From positions 49,910,001 to 49,974,000 of the forward strand of contig NC_043003.1 of NCBI RefSeq assembly GCF_006345805.1: a DNA stretch of 64,000 nt, written 5' to 3'. The translations under genes and the position numbers were made by a program. This DNA comes from Octopus sinensis. Taxonomy: Eukaryota. Positions 55,734 through 64,000 of this stretch are shown piece by piece. Position 1 is the first letter of the stretch; the number at the start of each line of letters is the position of its first letter. The notes under the pieces are model-generated. The model had not been told where the DNA came from. It was given only the letters and a program-made list of their open reading frames with translations, and did no database searches.

Positions 55734-55883
55734 TATATAGAGGGCATTATACATACATGCCAGGAGGCATTCTACATTCGGTGGGATTAGTAATATTTTT
55801 GTAGAAATGACTGATTGTCCCTCTTAGCGTATGGCGTGTATGTAGAATGCCTCCTGGCATGTATGTATAATGCCCTCTATATA
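55734..55883. mobile_element. MITE-like perfect inverted repeat (44-bp arms, 62-bp spacer) in a TA context
   Basis: 55734-55777 is the exact reverse complement of 55840-55883. Confidence 0.75.
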
Positions 55884-56372
55884 AAATATATATATATATA
55901 TATATAATAATATATTAATATATATATGTATATATAATATATAAATATATATGATATAAATATATATACAATACCTATGTTTGTATCTATATGTATGTAT
56001 CACTCTCTCCCTCTTCCTGTATGTATGAGTAAATATATAAATATATATATATATATTGATTAGGCGTGTCAAAAAAGTTCGATACAAATTACTGAGTTGA
56101 ATATACGTTTATAACGCAACACGAATCATCAATAATGCATAGGTTACTCATAATTCTCTGATTAAGATAATCACCAGTTCTTGTCAAAAGTTTCAATAAG
56201 TTATTTGCAATCAGTAGTTTGTCCGCGCGTATGTATGTCTGTGTGTATAAACGTATGTAAATATGTATGAGTGTGGATATATATGTTACATATGCCTGTC
56301 TGTATATATGTGTCTATGTAAGCAAATATACATGTACGTAAGTGATGTGTCTGAGAATGATTGTAAATACAT

Positions 56373-56435
<63 letters not shown>

Positions 56436-56489
56436 TTTACATGTATAATGTATTTATGCCTATAATATGTAAACGAGTTTGCGTGCTTG

Positions 56490-56588
<99 letters not shown>

Positions 56589-56605
56589 TATATATATATA
56601 TATAG

Positions 56606-56640
<35 letters not shown>

Positions 56641-56769
56641 ATATATATATAATATATATATATATAGATATATATATATATATACATATATGTTGCTTAA
56701 CATATGGATAATTATAAACAGACCAAAGTTTAGTCACTTCACCGCAGACTGAAACAAAAACGATGAATA

Positions 56770-56812
56770 GCTTTAATCGATTTTCGGACCCTATTGGGTT
56801 TTCGTCAGAGGC
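56770..56812 (-). ncRNA. Second family of minimal type I hammerhead-like motif (decayed)
   Basis: Minus strand GCCT-CTGACGA-AAACCC(AATA)GGGTCC-GAA-AATCGATT-A-AAGC: canonical core, palindromic stem III and UUA triplet. Three G>A changes would explain all mismatches. Confidence 0.55.
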
Positions 56813-56921
56813 GTCCACATCACTCTATCAGTCTCCAGAGATACAATCAGTCAAACTGTTTATATACTCAATAAGCGCTGTGGTTATTCTGTGAAGGAGT
56901 CCCTACTCTGCATCTATCTAC

Positions 56922-57044
<123 letters not shown>

Positions 57045-57533
57045 AAGATAGAGAAATACTAAAATATACACAAACGGTTGCATACACTTAAGTTGTTATT
57101 TGTTTCTATGTTGACCTGGCAAGTGGCTTATGGTTAGTATTATTGGGTTTTCTGTCTCATCAGTTCCTTAGTCCCTATTCTACAATAGATACAAGGCCTG
57201 AAAGTTGTGGGTAGGGAGTTTGACAAATACATCCCCCCACCCCAAGGGCTCAACTGGCATTTATTTTATTGACCTCCGAAAGGATGAAAAGCAAAGTCAA
57301 CTTTGGCGAAATTTGAACCCCGAACGTAAAGATAAATGAAATGTCCTGAATTATTCATCAGTTCATTAATATCGCAAATCTGATTACATCTAAATTTATA
57401 CACACATCAACATCCCATACATATATCTTCATAATTATGTATATACATATTCATGTGTATATATATATATGTATGAATGTATGTATGGATGCATATATGG
57501 CTATTGTACTCACATATATCACAATATACACTT

Positions 57534-57612
<79 letters not shown>

Positions 57613-59196
57613 ATGGGATATATAATATGTATGTGAGTACAATAGCCACTAAAATATTTACGACCAACAATGCCTCAATTTATTTTTCTTTAATTTTTGA
57701 AGCTTAAATATTTTTCGTCTTTTTCATTAATAAATATTTTTCGTCATTTTCATTGATAATTTTATTCTATTTTTTACACATCTTCACACGAGTTTAATTT
57801 CCTATAAACGCTAAGACCTACATTTTTACGTATAAAATTCAGTTATATCGACAAGCTAAGTAGCGTTTTTTATTTAACAATATTATTTAACTTTTGAATT
57901 GTATTATGTTTGATTATTATCTTTATTGTTGTTAAAATATTAATTTATATATAATTTATTGATAATTATTAGTTATGATATGTACATCTATTTATATATT
58001 ATGTTTATTATTATTTTTATAATGTGATTTAACGTATTACATATAATTTAATTTGAGAAATAGTTTTGTAAGTCAATATATTATTTAATAGTTAGGTGGT
58101 ATATTTATTACGTAGTATTACATTTAAGTAAATAATTTTAATATTAATTGATATTTTGGTCAACTATATAATTGAGTAAAATATTAAATCTATAGATACT
58201 ATATATATATTAATAATATAGTTAGTTTATATAATAGGTGTATATATATTTGAAACATTTCCTATTTTTGATTCTAATATTTATAGCTTGTACTAGCATT
58301 ATGTATATTACTTAACATAAGTTTTTTAATATAAATTACTTAATGAGTATAAGATTTTATTTAGATATTTATTAAAAAAATTAATTAATTAATAATTTAA
58401 TTTAATGTATATAGATTAAATTATAGTATTTAGTTTTCCCTTAATGTATATTTTGTATATATATATATATATACATTTGTTTTAAATATTTTAATTAATT
58501 GTATTTTATTTCCTAATAATAATGATATATTATAGTTTCTTATTCCTTTTCTTATATATATTCAAATTTTATTTTTATAGATATAATAAATATTTGTACC
58601 TTTTTATTTTATTTTTTATTTAAACAGGACTATATTTGTTAAGATATTTCGTATTTTACAAGATTATATACGTATATTTATTAATTTATCTAATTAATTA
58701 TTTTATTGTTTTTCTCTTTAACCTGAAGAGTGACTATATTTATATTGAAGTGATTTTACTATTATCATTTCTTCAATATAGCCACGAAACACCTGTAGTT
58801 ATTTTACCAAATATATACGTTTTATTTATTATTTTGCACATTACTTAATCATTACGTTTAAAATCCTTCGTGTGGAGTTTATGACGTTTATGATGATTAT
58901 ATCACGAGAATTAGAAATTAAATCAAAAGCGTGAGATTGAAGCAGCCGTTTTAATATGTGTCGTTCACAAAGGTTTTCAAACGAAAGAGCAAAAGAATAA
59001 ACATTTCCTTCAACGTTTCATTTCATATTCCAAAAGATATTCAGGCAGTGGATATTCCAAAGAAAACCAGGCTCGTTTTATCCGCTGATGATCAGAAACG
59101 AGCAACTCTAAGTACTGAAAATCAGAGCCTTTTATTTATAATGTGTTGGAGGATTGTGTGCGTGCGTGTGTGTGTGTGTGTATATATGTATGTATG

Positions 59197-59238
<42 letters not shown>

Positions 59239-59239
<1 letters not shown>

Positions 59240-59408
59240 TGGGTTGGTGCATAATTATCGAGGCTTGCCAAGCAAATGGGATGCATAATGCGATGTAAAT
59301 GCTGAATTTCTCCGGAATAATCATTTAAAGATGTTTTTGTTACATGTTATTATTTTTGTTGATATAAAATTTGTTGAAAAAAAACCGCAATAATTATGCA
59401 CCAACCCA

Positions 59409-59409
<1 letters not shown>
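59239..59409. mobile_element. Mariner MITE with MADE1/Hsmar1-like TIRs, between TA runs
   Basis: CTGGGTTGGTGCATAATTATCGAGG ... CCGCAATAATTATGCACCAACCCAA. Confidence 0.85.
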
Positions 59410-59440
<31 letters not shown>

Positions 59441-59641
59441 ATGTGTGTGTGTGTGTGTGTGTATGTGTGTGTATTGTTATATATATATAACATATATATG
59501 TATGTATATATATATATATATTAAATATATATATATATATTTAAATATATATAAATATATATACATATACATATTATATGTATATATATAGCATACATAC
59601 ATACATACATACATACATACATACATACATACATACATACA

Positions 59642-59672
<31 letters not shown>

Positions 59673-60016
59673 GTGTGTGTGTGTGTTGTTTGCGCAGACC
59701 CGATAGTAGAATCAACAAAAAAGTACTCCATCCAATGAGAGATAAACATCAAATTAAATGCACAATTAAAGAGCTGCTAATAGTTTCATGCTTTTATGAT
59801 ACTTGAACAGGCATATTTATAAAATGCGCCATGTATTTTAAAACAATCTTTCAGGCTCTGTTTATGCGTTGTATATAATTTAAAAACAAGGACGCTGGGC
59901 AGTGAGAAAGCAAGAAGAAAAACATGGAAAAATGTGAAGACGGTTACTGCAAAAAATAGAACGAGAAAACATAGAAACGAAATCAAGAAAACTACGATCC
60001 TCGTACTCTCTGTGTG

Positions 60017-60068
<52 letters not shown>

Positions 60069-60082
60069 GTTGTGGTGTGTGT

Positions 60083-60116
<34 letters not shown>

Positions 60117-60426
60117 GGTGCATGGGTCAGTGGTTAAGAGCATTGGTCTCACAATCATGAAGTAGAGAGTTCGATACCCGGACCGGGTTGTGTGCTGCGT
60201 TCTCGAGCAAGACACTTTATTTCACGTTGCTCCAGTTCACTCAACTGTAGAAATGAGATGCGACGTCACTGATGCCAAGCTGTATCGATCTTTGCCTTTC
60301 CTCTTTCCCTTGGATAACACCGATGGCGTGGAGAGAGGCAGTGGGTATGCATGGACGACTGCTGGTCTTCCATAAACAATTTTGCCCGGACTCATGCCTC
60401 GGAGGGTAACTTTCTAAGTGCAATCC

Positions 60427-60526
60427 NNNNNNNNNNNNNNNNNNNNNNNNNNNNNNNNNNNNNNNNNNNNNNNNNNNNNNNNNNNNNNNNNNNNNNNNNN
60501 NNNNNNNNNNNNNNNNNNNNNNNNNN
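60427..60526. other. Assembly gap (100 N)
   Basis: Exactly 100 Ns; SINE fragments are truncated on both sides. Confidence 1.
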
Positions 60527-61389
60527 GCTATAGCAGAAGACACTTGCCCAAGATGCCACGCAGTAGGACTGAATCCGCAACCATGTGGTTGGTTAGCAAG
60601 CTACTTACCACACAGCCACTCTTTATGCTTATGCTTTTTTTTTCTATAGGTGCTTGTAATTATTTCATTTATTTCTTATCGTATTTTCTACTGAAGAGGG
60701 AAAAATCCATAGGATTAATCCCGAAATTGATAAAAGAGAACGATAAAATAAGTACTGGGGTCGATTCATTCGACTAAAATATATATAGTAATAATCGATT
60801 GTACTAGTCTATGTTCCGTTTCCTTTACCAGTTATTACTATCACAAATAACACTGCGGAATTCCAGAAGTAGATCCAGCGGATATATACCCCAACCGAGG
60901 ATGACACCAGGTAGCCCATATTGTGAACGTGCTTTACTCAACACACTAATTGACATATACCCATTAGTTCCCAATAAATTATAAATACACACACATACAC
61001 ACGCACGCACACACATATTTTATATATAAATAATTTCATAACTCCCTGGACTCATCTTGTAATCTGTAATGGATAAACAATATCATTGATATAAGACCAT
61101 TTCTACAGAATCATTCTGCACCAATGCTTGATTCTTTCCTTTACTTCCTAAATGAACCATGATTTTCGAATTTTGAATCTTTTTTTCTTTTTTTTTTTTA
61201 GCTGTATCAGTTCTTTATTTTATTCTATTTTTTATTAATCTGGATCGAAATATTAAAATGAATAGATAGAAAAACAAACCAGAACAAGTTTTTCGTACAC
61301 ATATACATACATCTAGATTCGCATCACCAAACTCAGCATCACTCACAGCCAAACGTATGTACGCACAAACTTCCACAAATACATACATA

Positions 61390-61880
<491 letters not shown>

Positions 61881-63607
61881 TTTTATGGGAAATTATTTTT
61901 AAAACAATGTAACTTTAAACTCAAGGATTACGCACTACATTTCGTAAACACAGATTTTATAATATTTAATATGTGTAGGTAGTAGAAACAGTTTCCATAG
62001 CCTTTGCCGTTCTTTCAAGACGGTCACTTCAGTATATGTTAAATTTGAGCATCTGTTAGTCGTTGTCTATGGAGAGATGTTGTGCAGGAGGTAATTTCAT
62101 CTCTGAAAATGAAGTATTGTTTAGAATATTCTGTGAGAGACTTGAATACTTTTTGAATTTTAATTGTTTTAGTCATTAGATTGCGGTCATGGTGAGTTAG
62201 GATTTTAGTCGAATAAATCGACCCTAGTACTTTATTTTTTAAAGCCTGGTACTTATTTTATCGGTGCCTTTTGCCGAGCCGTTAAGTTAAGGAAGCTTAA
62301 AAACACGCCAACACCGGTTGTTAAGCGCTGGTGGGGGGACAGACACACACACAAAGTCACACACGTAGATATACATGTGTATGTGTGTGTGTGTGTACGA
62401 CAGGGTTTTTTTCAGTTTCTGTCTACCAAATCTACTCGCAAGACGTTAGTCGGCGGCCCGAGGCTATTGTAGAAAACACTTGCCCAAGGTGCCACGCAGT
62501 GGGACTGAATCCGAAACCATGTGGCTAGAAAGCAGATTTCCTACCACACAGCCACGCCTGTATCTTTTGAAACAATATAGATACATCAGAAACTAACACC
62601 GACCTTAATCTAGAGAGCTTGATGTTTTGATGAGAATAAAGTACTTCTCGGCATTGCGTAGGAGGCAGTAATTTGCAAGTGATACTTTTGTTGATGTTCA
62701 GAATAGGTCGAGTTTTATTAATGTTTTCAAATTCCATGCAGAAAATGATAACGTAGAGGTATTTCTTATGTGCGCATATCTGAAGATGGATTGATACGTT
62801 AAGTGTCGGCTTTCTTAACAGCTCTCACATATTCCGATACATAATTTTAGAGGGATGTGGCTTCCGCACTGAAATAATAGCTTCACAAATTAAAGTATCA
62901 GCTCGGCCTAAATTACCCATGGGACATAACTCTCATCTCAAAAGTGAGAGTCATTTCCCCAATTTATGTGGTTTGCAGATTTCCTGTATTATGCATTTTC
63001 GTAGAACGCAAGCTTAAATTTTTCACACGTGCGCATGCACATGTATCATATTAGACATAATATATGTAATGCATATGTTTATAAATGAAAGCATGGCTGT
63101 CTATTTAAGAAGTCTTTTTCTAAACCACATAGTATCGGTTTCAATCTCACTGAGGTGTACCTTGCGCAAATGGCTTCTACAATAGCGCTGGCTCGATCAG
63201 TTACTTCCAGGGTGAAATTCGTTGACGGAAACTGTACGGAAGACTCATATATATTAAAGATGCATTATTCCTGTTTACTTCTCTCGGGAATTTCTATTTA
63301 CGTGATACTATTTAGCAACCGTTGTTTATTTGCAACGTAGCGGTTCAGCAAAATACACCGATGAATTCCTTGAAATACTTCCACTAAAACTCGTCAAAGC
63401 AATACCCCAGCACGGCTGAGGGCCAATGACCAAAATTTGTAGGAAAACATAGCTGCATACATAGGTACATACATACATTCTTCCATACACACATTCGTAC
63501 GTATATGCACGCACACACATATACATCTTACCTACATCATGTTTATCAGATGTAAGTATATGTGTGCGTGCGTGTGATTGTGTATGTGTGTGGTATCATT
63601 TTATATA

Positions 63608-63659
<52 letters not shown>

Positions 63660-64000
63660 TAGAAAATGTCTTCAGTGTATTGAGAGCATTCTTTGAAAAC
63701 ATTTGTTAGCGCTGAATATTTGTTTCTTAGACTGTCTTTCCAATATCTATCTAATTCTTTGTGACATCAAAGACGAAATAGTATAACATCAAAGAGGTTA
63801 TATCATTCATTAAATGTATTTCTTTTTTTTCTTTTTATATTTATTTCATATATTTATGTATTTATTACCTATTTTCTATATTCAGCCTTTGGTCGGCTGC
63901 CAGCTCCTGTACCCGATGTTTTATTTCATCAAACATTTAAATACAATTCGGCGTGAAGGGACGTAACTCGCACAAAAAAATGTTTTAAATCAAGTTTTTA

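Noticed and set aside
59080-59105. CTGATGATCAGAAAC hammerhead-like string
   Set aside because: There is no room for stem II between the core and GAAA.

Overview
AT-rich eukaryotic DNA dense in microsatellites and SINEs. It is most likely Octopus (inferred from my recollection of octopus tRNA-derived SINE families; not database-checked). It contains one 100-N scaffold gap at 60427-60526. I found no intact protein-coding gene, and nearly all supplied ORFs are translated microsatellites or SINEs. The window is a transposon graveyard. DNA and rolling-circle elements: a DD41D-type mariner relic, three non-autonomous Helitrons plus a decayed RepHel segment, a hAT transposase remnant and several MITEs. 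Retroelements: a Ty3/Gypsy gag-protease relic, R4/Dong-, HERO-, CR1- and L1/Tx1-like LINE pieces, a Penelope GIY-YIG remnant and dozens of SINE copies. The most interesting signals are: (i) two families of minimal hammerhead-ribozyme-like motifs of the Penelope type, one with a non-canonical CUGUCGA core; (ii) a 350-bp foldback whose arms are outward-facing tRNA-like Pol III heads; (iii) an interleaved A-B-A'-B' inverted duplication; (iv) a Helitron whose empty target site is preserved nearby, flanking a ~490-bp tandem array; and (v) combinatorial head/tail swapping among SINEs.
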